This document shows, piece after piece, positions 39,300 to 50,606 of a stretch of 64,000 nucleotides of DNA. The number at the start of each line of letters is the position of its first letter. Position 1 is the stretch's first letter. This DNA comes from Carcharhinus amblyrhynchos. Its lineage: Eukaryota. The notes under the pieces are model-generated. The model made no database searches. It had not been told where the DNA came from and worked only from the letters and a program-made list of their open reading frames with translations. The DNA is taken from NCBI GenBank assembly GCA_965287045.1, contig OZ336872.1, forward strand, positions 41,168,001-41,232,000. Reading direction: 5' to 3'. The position numbers and the translations under genes were made by a program.

Positions 39300-39765
39300 A
39301 GCGAAGTGGGTAGAGTGGACATGATGATTAGATGGCAGGTGACTAAAGTGTCAGCAGGGGAGGATGGTGAGATGGTAGAATGGGAAGGCTGACAGTGGGG
39401 AGAGTGGTAGGGCGGGGATGATGGTGAGATTGGGTTGAGGGTGGGGGGGGGAAGAGAGTCAGAGGGATGGGAGTAGAGTGGTAGGACTAGGGGTTTGGGC
39501 GATAGGTGTGGGTGTAAGGGAGAGGGGCCAGTGGAGAAGTCAGAGAGGTTGGGCCAGAATGGAGCTGGAGGTTGAAGGGAGGCAGTGGGCTGAAAGAGAT
39601 AGGGAGTAGGGGGTTTGGGAAGTTGGAGGGTAGAGGAGGGAAGTCAGCTGGTCAGAGTGTTGGGGTTCAGAGGGTGATTAGGCGGCACTGGAGGGTCAGT
39701 GTATTGGGGAAATCAAGGGGGAGTTGGTGGGTTGGGAGGGTAGGGGGAATGGATCAGAGCATTGA
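39300..39765 (+). repeat. G/A-rich low-complexity tract
   Basis: Strong purine and G skew with many GGG runs over ~460 bp. Confidence 0.8.
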
Positions 39766-39769
39766 GAAG

Positions 39770-40155
39770 GGGAGCCCCATCCATCAGGCAAATCAGCCTC
39801 CCATCCATTGACTCTATCGACACTTCCTGCTGCCTCGGCAAAGGAATAATTAAGGATCCCATGCATCCCTGACATTCTCTCTTCCGCTTTCTTCCATCGG
39901 GAAAAAGATACAAAAATCTGAGGTGATATACCAACCAACTCAAGAACAGCTTCTTCCCTGCTGCCATCAGACTTAAGAATGGACCTACTTTGCATTAAGT
40001 GGATTTTTCTATACACCCGAGATATGACAGTAATACTACATTCTACACTGTCTCGTTTTCTTCTCTATGAATGATATGCTTTGCCTGTATAGCATGCAAG
40101 AAACAATACTTTTCACTGATGTTAATACATGTGACAATAAATCAAATCAAATCAA
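39770..40155 (+). mobile_element. Rex1/Babar-type LINE 3' end
   Basis: 'IIKDPMHP.HSLF..LPSGKRYK', 'TNQLKNSFFPAAIRL' and a tail 'aataaatcaaatcaaatc'. Confidence 0.8.
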
Positions 40156-41745
40156 GCATGCAAGCTCTAGACTGATGGTTGTCCGCCGTCTTATTTCATG
40201 TGAAATTTTATGGTAAATGTTTTGAAGTTATAATAAGTGAAGTTCATTCTCAGATCTGTCACTACTTGACAAATATGTTTAAAGGAAAAAAATCCTCATA
40301 GTTTGGCAACTGCTGGTGATTACCAAGGCTAGTAGTTTTTTGAAGTCAAATCTGGGAATAGCTAGCTCAGACTCATTAGTAGAAGGAATAAATCTTTTTA
40401 GTTCTCATGTTTAAATGATGGGACCGTTAGGAAAATATGGCAGCGAATATACTGCTCTGCATGATGACTGACCTCTAAAGATTGGAGACGTTACGGGTTA
40501 AACTGATTCTCTGGGTGAAGTAATGAAGCTCTATAAAAATGACAAAACTGAAAACATTCTGAACATGAAGCTGGGGCCAAAGCCATTTGCGACAGAACGA
40601 AATGTTGAACAAGAGGTGAAGCAGAAAGAAGATATTATTGCAGAAACTGAAATTTAGGAGAATGAAATCCAGCAATTTCAAGATTGTTGACTAATGAGTC
40701 ATTCGTTCAGAAGTACTGATTAATTGTGGAAGGGGGCGGTCTCAAAACTGAGAAGGAGGGAGACATGAAAGATGTCAAACTGGTCTTGAAATTGCAGGAC
40801 CTGGACCAGCAGTTGTAATGATTTAGCAACTGAGAAATTTAATTTTGATCAGTGTCATCTTCCTTACTCTCAAAGTGTAAGTGGCAAGAAATTGTGCAGA
40901 GATCCAGTATTTCAAAATACTAAATGGCTGAAAACTGTAATGCAAAAATTCCTTTGTTAGATTAAGAAATTCCTTTGCTACATTAGATGAGTAAGAAAAG
41001 ATAAGGAAGAAAAATGAATCAGAAGTCTACAGCAAACAGCAGAGATGAAAGTTGTTGCGAGAAAAATATAGAAGCAAAAGGCTATGACTTAATTTTGTTT
41101 TTTTTTATGTTCTGTCTCTTTAAACATGTGCCCTTTGTGCTATTTCATGTCACAGCTGTTCACATACCTAGAAGCAATTTAACTCCCTGCAGTTCCTAGC
41201 ATTGATCTTGCAACCAATGTAAGCATTGTAACCATTGTCTTTTTCATGGATATAATTGGTTGTTTCTTCTGTATCGTCAAACAAATTTTATTTTTATTTT
41301 TATGATGATGAGTCGTTCTATTTTTGCATCTAAAATCTGAGCTTCAGACTGATTTTCCGGCAAAATTATCAACACTGCTTTTCTATAGGTGGCTATTTTT
41401 GCAAACTATCCATGTAAATTATTTGAACAATTTATTGTTCACATCTTGGATTGTAACACACAATGTAGCACATTTAAGTCAACCAAAATATCACAAGGAA
41501 TTCAATATTTTCAGGTTGATTCAAGAAATAAGATTTGTACGCTTAAGATACCTGGAGCTGTCATGAAAATGTATATGTAGTTAAAAGCATGTTCATTTTA
41601 ATCAAAGATTATGCTCCAGAGAGTTTTCAGTAAAACTTCTGCACTTTCATATAAATGCTTGGTTTTACAAATATTAAATTAAAAATTTGCTTGGATTTAC
41701 TTTGAAATTAAAATTCCTATTTCAGGATCGATGATGAGGGACATG

Positions 41746-41873
41746 GGGTGGAGTTCTCTGGCTGCGCTGGTCTAAAAGCTGGAAATTCCCACCCGACCGT
41801 CAATGGTGTTTCATATTCTCTGCAAAATGCCTGCTAAAATTCCAGTGGCGGGAGGGATGGGAGAATTCTGGCC
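41746..41873. mobile_element. Harbinger-like MITE
   Basis: 'ggggtggagttctctgg...gggagaattctggcc' inverted termini. Confidence 0.55.
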
Positions 41874-41914
41874 ATGATATCAAGACACTTTGAACATAGA
41901 ACTATGAAAAGAAG

Positions 41915-42805
41915 AGTTTTTTGAGGATGTAACTGGTAGGCTAGATATGGGAAAACCAGCAGATGTAGAGTATTTGGATTTTCAAAGAACATTCAATCAG
42001 GTGTCACACAAGAGATTGTTACAAAAAACTTAAGAGCTCACGGATTCAGAATAAAATATTGTAATAACTCCAGAGGCGAAGGACCCGTCACTGTAAGTTC
42101 CTTTATTACAATACAAGCTATGCAACAGAGCACTCTCTGTGGCTTCCTGCTTTAGCAGGCAGAGAGACTGACATACCTGCTTTCAATAGGGAACATGAGG
42201 CTTCCTGATTTGACCATCAATTAATACTCTAGCAGGCCAACCTCATTCGCCTGACTGAAGTCATCTTAAATATTTAATGGTTACTGTGTAAAAAAAAGCT
42301 TAGATACAATTGGGTCAAGAACCCTAGTTGGCAGGCAACAACTCATGGGTTAATGCAAGCATCAGTGCTTGGAGCCCAGTTACTCATAATCTACGTCAAT
42401 GATTTGGATGAGGTGATCGAGTATAATATATCCAAGTCTGCCACAAAGCTAGGTGGGAAAATGAGCAGTGAGGAGGATGCAAAGAGGCTACAACATGATA
42501 TAAATGTGTTAAGTGAGTGGGCAAGATCAAGACAGATAGAGTATAATGTGGAGAAATGAAAAGTTATCCAACTCTCCGCGTTAATGGGGAAAAATTGAAA
42601 TTCAATTTTTTTTTTAAAAGATGTGAAATGTTGAACTTAGATGGTCCTAAATCAGAAAAAAGTTAAGATACAGTTAAAGCAAGCAATTTGGAAAGCAAAT
42701 TGTACATTAGCCTTTATTACAAAGGGATTGGAGTATAAAAGTGAAGTCTTATATACAGCGTTCGTGAAACCACAACTGGTGTAATGTGTGCAGATTTGGT
42801 CTCAT
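41915..42805 (+). mobile_element. Degenerate CR1 RT fragment, interrupted at ~42060-42270 by an LTR-like piece
   Basis: 'DVEYLDFQRTF.QVSHKRLL', 'QASVLGAQL..IYVNDLDE', 'LSEWAR..QIEYNVEK'. Confidence 0.8.
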
Positions 42806-43517
42806 TGCAGTATTTTGATGAGCGCATCAGCTTTGTTATACTACAAAAAAGATAATTTCAATGCAGTATTTAGTTTAAATGTTGTTACACTAATATAAAA
42901 CTAAATATACAAAGTGTATACTCCTGCCTTGGCACTTTACTAAGTGGAAGTTCTCACTGGAAAATCGAAGGCATGCTCTCCACAACTAAAATGGACTATC
43001 CTGGCATCTTATCCAAACAACATTCCTTTTCACATAAATTCTTGACAAAGATTTGAGACAAATTCAGAATCTTCAATGGACTTGGAGATCTGATCCACAT
43101 AGCAACTTCAAAGAAAAATCATTAAAATATTTCTAATCAAACACTTAAACCACTGGAACTACCAAGCAAAGACTGAGAACTTCGGTTGGGAAGCATCTTT
43201 TTTTCACGAAACGTTCATTAAGCCTCCAGTGCCAGCAGTGTGCCATCTGCCATACTGATGTGGACCAAACACTTGGCATGTTGTCCAGGAATAGACTCAA
43301 AATTCTAAGCTGAATGTCCATTATAAAGTATTCTTAAGGACATGGAAGGGCTGACAGAGAGATCTTGACCATTGCCCAGTGTGTGAATGATGCAGTGCAG
43401 ATAGTCAATGTGTGAGTGGCAGCATGATAACAACTGGATAATTTACTCACTGCTGTAAGGAAAGTACTGGGCAGACCACCACCCTGCTCTTCTCCAAAAT
43501 AGATGATGTGGATCCCT

Positions 43518-43600
43518 CACCTGATGAAGGGGCAATGCTCTGAAAGCTCGAGCTACCAAATAAACCTGTTGGACTTTAACCTGGTGTTGCGAAACTACTT
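43518..43600 (+). ncRNA. Minimal type I hammerhead ribozyme motif in a Penelope-derived repeat
   Basis: CAC-CTGATGA(43521-27)-A-GGGGC/AAT/GCTCT-GAAA(43542-45)-GCT-C; catalytic boxes intact; followed by the same downstream repeat as 36312. Confidence 0.6.
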
Positions 43601-43749
43601 AATGTGCCAAAATAGGTGGGGAGATGGGGTTTTGTCGATTGATCCTCATAGCCATTGCATTGTTGAAGTTGGGAAGATTTATACTAGTTACCTGTCTTGT
43701 GAAGTGCTGAAGAATGAAAGGAAAATAATTGCAGATCTATCCTAATGGT

Positions 43750-44330
43750 TCCACCATTCAATGAGATCATGGCTGCTTTTTATAACTTAACTCCATAACT
43801 TATTTTTGTCTCATATCCCTTGGTCTTCAGTTAGCAAACATCTATCAATCTCAGATTCCAAATGAATACTTGATCAAGCACTAATGCCGTTTGTGAAGAG
43901 TTCCAAACTTCTAATACATTTGTGTGAAGTATTTCCTCATTTCTATCATGAAGGGAGTCGTTCCAATATTTCCCCAGTCAGTAGATTCAACTCCATCTGT
44001 TCCCCTTAAAATCCTGAAAACTTCAATCAAACCATCTGTAACCTTATGACTTCCATATAGTCTCTTCTCATAATCTAACCTTGGAGACAAGCTATCATTC
44101 TGGTAAACCTTAATTTCAACTCAACACGTGGCTGGTATTTCCTTCTTAGAATGTGGTGTTCAGAACTGCTCACAATACTTCAAGGTGGTCTGATCAAAGC
44201 TTTGTGGAGGTAGAGCACTGGTTCCACCCTGGTGCAATCTAATCCTTTAGATATCAAGACCTGCATTCCATCAGACGGTTTCATTATTTTTTTGAACCTG
44301 TTCAGGACATTTTAATGATCTATTTAGATC
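43750..44330 (-). mobile_element. Degenerate CR1 LINE 3' part
   Basis: 'ccaccattcaatgagatcatggctg', 'gagttccaaacttc', 'cagaactgctcacaatacttc'. Confidence 0.75.
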
Positions 44331-44364
44331 GTGTAGATCTAAGAGTCAGAATGTAGATCGTGAT

Positions 44365-44560
44365 CTACATTCACGACCTTTTGTAGTTTCTTGTGGTCTT
44401 GGGCAGAGCAGGAGCCATACCAAACTGTGGTACAGCCAGAAAGAATGCTTTCTATGATGTATCTGTAAAATTGCTGAGAGTTATAGCTGACATGCCCAAT
44501 TTTCTTAGCCTTCTGAAAAAATGAAGGTGTTGTGGGCTTTCTTAATGATAGAGTAGCTAG
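44365..44560 (-). mobile_element. Rex1/Babar-type LINE fragment
   Basis: ORF 44339..44605- contains 'FYRYIIESILSGCTTVWYGSCSAQDHKKLQKVVN'. Confidence 0.85.
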
Positions 44561-47234
44561 TGGGAATCTTGAACATGGCTTATAAGCCTGTTCACGCTGC
44601 TGCAACTTGAAGACAGTCTGTAAAACTTTGTATTTTTCTTTATTTTCCTTATGGCTTAACTCTTACTAGATTCCACTTTACTGGGTATTTTATGATCATT
44701 AAATCTTTGAATAGATTTCTGAATAAGGGTGAGGATTTTATGTCCTGTTGCATTGAACCTTTTTCTCCTTGTCTCAGTTCTTCTCAAATAATAGGCTTTG
44801 TTGCAGAAGCCTTTGACATCTCATCCCTTGCAATTTTGCCAGTATTCCTGTATTTATACTGCAATCATTTCTTTCTTTTGGGTTAGCCTGCTTTGTGGTA
44901 AGGTGATTGTTTTAAAAGCCTCTGTTCTAACCGGAGAATCCCTTTAGCCCAATCTTGCATCATTAATGCACACTGATTTATTTAATAATCTATTCTGGTC
45001 ATGGAAATTCCTATTTCTATATTGTCAGCATTATTATGATCAAAGGGTTAGGACTTGTAAGTGCAGAGTTTAAACCAATTCTGTGTATGTTATCTGTTCT
45101 GTCTTTTGTTCTGTATTGGAAAATGTATACTATATCTGTTTACGTATTTACATTTGTGTATTTGGATGGTGTCACTGAGAAAGAGCATACAATTGAGGAA
45201 TTAAAGAAGTCCAAGGATAGATTAAATCTTGTTTGATTTACGCCACTTAGTAGTTTAGTCAATTATATTATTTTCTTTCTTCTGATTCTCCTCCAGTCAG
45301 TTGGTCCTGACTTTACTTTTGAGAACTGCTAGAATGATATCAATGAGGTGATTTGAACTGTTTATATTTTGATTACTACGATGGGCAGGCTTTGCATTCT
45401 GAGCTGGATCATATGTGCGTCTTGAGCTCTGTGCCATGATCCCCTGATTATTTTTATTCAATTTAAAATCAAAGAAAGTGAAGAGAATAATTTAATAAAA
45501 ACATCTTTTATTTTCATTTTAATGGAATTTTTCCATTCGCATGGCATCCTCTTCTCCGCCATGATCCTCTAGTTCTATCCATCAAATTTGTCTCCAAGCA
45601 GGCAATACAGAACAATACACAACCTCTCAAAGATAGTTGTCTTGCATTAATGAATAAGGAGCCTCTGCCACCTCCCTCTTCCAACATCAGATAGATATGG
45701 GTGTTGACCTGGTAAAACTTAAGTCGTGTTCTCTCACTAAATTATCTCTCCAACCAATAAAATGGGAGCTTGGAGAGTCTCTCCACCCCAATTGAGTCAT
45801 GGAATAGCACCCGACATAGTTCAACAACTCTCATCCCCCCCACCTCACACAGCAGCATAATGACACTTAGTGTAGCAGTCTCCTACACATAGCAATGGAA
45901 TGCCATTCCACTAAGCAGCTAAGTAGGATTTCTACATCTTCCCTCCATGCCCCCTTCTTCTTCCTCCTCACTCTTCCCTCCCATCTTCTTCCTGCTTCCT
46001 CTCCATTACTCATCCATCTGAGTTAAATTGTCCTCCAACCTCAAAGCCCTCAGCACATAATGACTCATGGCAACATGTTGTCATCGTCTTGTGCAATGAT
46101 TTGTGGGATCATTAGAACTTTTAACACATGCAAAGCACCAACAACAAGCTATATGTAAGTTTATATGTACATTATTCACAGTGATTGACTAATACTAAAA
46201 GCTTCCTCTAATAAATAGCAATAGTGACTACAACATTTGTGACACAGCTTCCTGCCCACCAAGAATAATTCTTGTAATTGAAGCTTCCTGTCCTCCGCAT
46301 GATATTACAACTTAAAAATAGCACAAGTGGCCTAGCTATCAAACATCTGAAGAGCTTTGTTTATTTTAAGCAATATCATATTTTCCAATTAATGTTAACT
46401 TAGAATGGTGAGAAAGCTTTCAGTTTATCTATAACTATGCTTTCTACTTGAAAAATCAGTGATTGGCATTCTAAACTTGAGTATTTCTGAAGCGTATGGA
46501 AACAAAGATAATGACAAGGCGTTACTTTGTCAAGTCACCACCTGAATTGAATTGTCTGACGCAAATACAGCACTGTGCAGAGATACATGCTTTTTAAAGT
46601 AAGTTAAATTCAGATGATTCTATCCTGGTAAATTTTAGAATAGATTTTTTCTCTACTCATAGGACAGCTGTCTCAAAGAGAAGAAATGTCAAACTTATAT
46701 TTTGGATAGCTTAAACAAATTGTTTCTCTCAAACGTTTATTGACCAAAGTACTTTTGTGGCTGCACCTAACTAAACAGGGTTGATATATAATTAGGAGTT
46801 CTAAAATTCACAGTCCCTTAAACATGCACTCCCTGCAGTATGGGAGTTTGTGGAACTGCCTGTTGGGATTGAGCGTCTGCCTGCTCTGAACAAGGCCATA
46901 AAAACAGGAGATGGTGGAGACTCCCAGTGTTGTCTGCTGCCACGTCTTCAACCTGTACTTGATTTAATTGATGAGCTAATGTACAGAATTGGGTCCTACC
47001 AGGAGCGCCAGGAGCATGATTTTTGTCTAGACCCTTGCAGATGAGGTTATTTCATTCTTACAGATAAGTTAAATGTGTGCTTCTTATTATGTGGGCTGTT
47101 GTGGACAATCCAGATTCCCTCCAGTGACACCATGAACCACTTCCCTCACAAGTTGGTACCTACAAGATACAACGTGCTGACTGCTTAGCTGATAGGCACT
47201 TCAGTAGCTTGAAAGCTGCCAGTGGGATGTCTGA

Positions 47235-49385
47235 TTCCGGGACTGTCACTGACCTCATTCATCTCCTCTGGAAATCTTCCCTTCACATCCTCCAACCTCA
47301 TAGTCTCCTAACCCCAGACACATATTCCTACCTCCCCCACAAAATCCACAAACAGGACTTACCCAGTTGGCCAATTGTGTCAGCTTGTTCCTGCCTCACT
47401 GAACTAATTTCTTCCTATCTTGACTCTATCCTCTCTCCTTTTGTTCAGTCCCTTCCCACCTATATGCAGAATTTCTCTGATGCCTTATGTCATTTCAACA
47501 ACTTACAGTTCCCTGGCCCAAACTGCTGCCTCTTTGCCATAAATGTCCAATCTCTTTATACTTCTATTCCCCACCAGGATGGCTGAGAGTGCTCTGCTTC
47601 TTCCTCGAAGAGGCCTGAACAATCCTCGTCCACCACAACTCTCCTCTGTCTGGCTGAACTTGTTCTCTCACTCAACAATTTCTCTTTTAACTTGTCTCAC
47701 TTCCTCCAAATAAAAGATGTGGCTATGGGTACCAGTATGGGTCCTGATTATGCTTGTCTCTTGATGTGAACATTCCTTGTTCCAGTTCTATTCAGGTCAC
47801 CTCCCACAACTCTTATCGGTATATTGACAACTGTTTCGGCGCTGCTTCATTCTCTCCAATTTTCACTCCTCTATTACCTTCACATGGTCCATCTCTGACA
47901 CTTCCCTTCCCTTTCTTGATGTCTGTGTCTCCATTTCTGATGATAGACTGTCCACTGGTGTACATTACAAGCCCACTGACTCCCACCGCTACCTTGACCA
48001 CAGCTCTTCACAGCCCATTATCCTGTAAGGACGCCGTTCCATTCTCAGTTCCTTCGCCTACATCTCATCTGTTTTAGTGGTGCCACTTTCCAAAATGGCA
48101 CTGCTGATATGACTTCCTTCTTCCTTAATCACAGTTTCCCACCCACTGTGGTTGACAGGTTGCTGTGCCACTACTCTCGCCCCTTTCCGTCCCTCCCAAA
48201 CCAGGATAGGGCCCCTCTTATCCACGCTTTTCACCCCACCAGACTCTGAATTCAAAGGAACATCCTCCACCATTTCCACCAACTCAGCATGATGCCACCA
48301 CCAAACCCATCTTCCCCTCAGTCCCTGCATACCGCAGGGACTGTTCTTTCCAGGAAACCATGGTCCACCCCTCTATCACAGCCAACACCTCACTCCCTTC
48401 CCACAGTACCTTCCCATGCAATCACAGAAGCTGCAACACCTGTCCCTTTACCTCCTCCCTGCTCATCATCCAAGGGCCCAAACATTCTTCAGGTGAAGCA
48501 GTACTGCATATGCACCTCCTTTAATCTGCTGTATTGCATTTGCTGCTCCCAATACAGTCTACATTGGAGAGACCAAATGCATGGGTAAACACTTTGCAGA
48601 ATATCTTCTGTCCATCTGCAAGCAGGACCCAGATCTTCCTGCCACTTGCTATTTCAACACACCATCCAACTCTCATGTCCACATGTCTATCCTTAGTCTG
48701 TTGCAATGTCCCAGTGAAGCCCAATACAAATCGGAGGACAGTACCTGATGGTCCGAATATGCACTTTACACCTTCCGGACTTAACATTGAGTTCAATAGC
48801 TTCAAACTGTGAACTATCTCCTTCACCTTCATTCCATTTCCATCAATTTGTTTACTTATTTAATATTTTAAATCATTTTATTTATCTTTAAGTTTATTTT
48901 CATTTCTTCCATCATTTTTCTACCCACTTATTTTTTTCCCACTTTCCATCTTTTTTCACTTTTATCACTGTCTTTCCACCCCTCAACTCATGAGGGACAT
49001 GTCTCAAGTTGTCTTTTAGCACACTATTTAACTTTGGTTCTGCCATTTAACATTCTGATCTCTTAATGTGCCACCATCAGCACCCATCTTAGTCATGATC
49101 ACCACCATTTACATTCGCTTTGTCTTTTTGCCTATGACATGTTTGTCAACTTCCCCCTTGTCTCCACTTATCGTGCGCCCTATATCCAGCCCCTAGACCA
49201 CCTACCTCCCCATCAGAATAGTATAAAATTCACTCTATCTTCTATTCTTTTCCACTTTGACGAAGTGTTGTCCAGTCTCGAAATGCTATGCTCTCTCTGC
49301 ACAGATGCTGTCAGACCTGCTTAGATTTCCTAGAATTTTCAGTTTTGATTTCAGATTCCAGTATCAATGGTAATTTGCTGTTATC
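47235..49385 (+). mobile_element. Degenerate Penelope-like element (RT, GIY-YIG endonuclease, terminal repeat)
   Basis: 'KIHKQDLPSWPIVSACSCLTELISSYLDSIL', 'VAMGTSMGPDYA', 'YRYIDNC'; GIY-YIG 'NLLYCICC...YIGET' at ~48520-48575; degenerate hammerhead at ~49257-49285. Confidence 0.9.
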
Positions 49386-50606
49386 ATTATGATTGGAAGG
49401 GTTAGAAATAGAAGATCTGGTGTTCAAGCCAGGATGTCCCTGTTCCACCCATACAAATGTTTGATCTAGATACTCGCTGGAGCATCAGCATTGATCAAAC
49501 AATTGGTGATGCACAAACCCCTTGTCAATTATTCACCCAATTCACATTGAGTGCCATTCAGAAACCACCTCTTCACTGCAAAGTACTCATGCACTGTTGA
49601 TTTAGTGTAACCAGTAAAGCCTCAGATAAATGCCATCTGATGTTATTCTGTAGTGCTGTTCACCAAGGATGCACTGAAGTCATTGAATAGTTGTTTAATA
49701 AAAACATATCCATACTTTAGGTATTTCCATTTAAGTTTGGAATTTATTATTAGCAATGCAATTTCCTTTGCAATGGCATTTGTTGACTGAGTATGTATTT
49801 TCATATGACATTTGCTGCTGGTTTTGCTGTGCTATTATTTTTGAGTCTTTGGTATTAATTGCCACTCCCTATTTTGTATCTGTGAATTGTTACCAGCTAC
49901 AGATGAATTTGCCACAGGTACATTTCTGAGGATTGGCATCCTTCTGGAATTTCCTCTCTTTATAGTTACAAAGAAGAAAATTTTAATAAAATCATAAATA
50001 AAATGATTTAAAATATCAAGACACTGTAGAATGATTACAGAAAGGCAGGTTTTTAACTCGGATGGTCTTTTGACACCTGGTTTTTGCAACCACCCACGTC
50101 GTGTGTACAGCTTAATGAAATCCAACCTAAACATATCTGAGAAGACCTGTCGTGTACCATCTGCAATTCTCAAGGGGACAGTCACAGGCTTAGACTGTTT
50201 CCTTGCAATAAATCTTTAAATACATTTCAAGACAAGGATATCTTTCTTGCTGGCTGTCAAGATCACAAATATCTTGAAGTTCTTTACAACTGACTTCTTT
50301 CAGAAAATGCAGAAAATACATAAAGCTTCACTAGCAGTGCACCATTGCATAAAGTAGATAACAGATACCTTTTTGCCAGACCTAATGTCTTTTTCCTATT
50401 GTCAGTTGAGCGGACCCAACGGTATTAGATACTTAGATGCACTTTTCCCCTATTTGGAAGGAAACGTATGCTTGTGGCTATTTGAAAATGTTCTATTTGT
50501 TAATATTGCCATTTCTGCTTCCATTTGACCTTCATGATGACACAGTTATCCTCTTGGAATTTTTCATATTTGGTGTTAAATTGCACACTGTCTTAGCTCT
50601 GTTATT

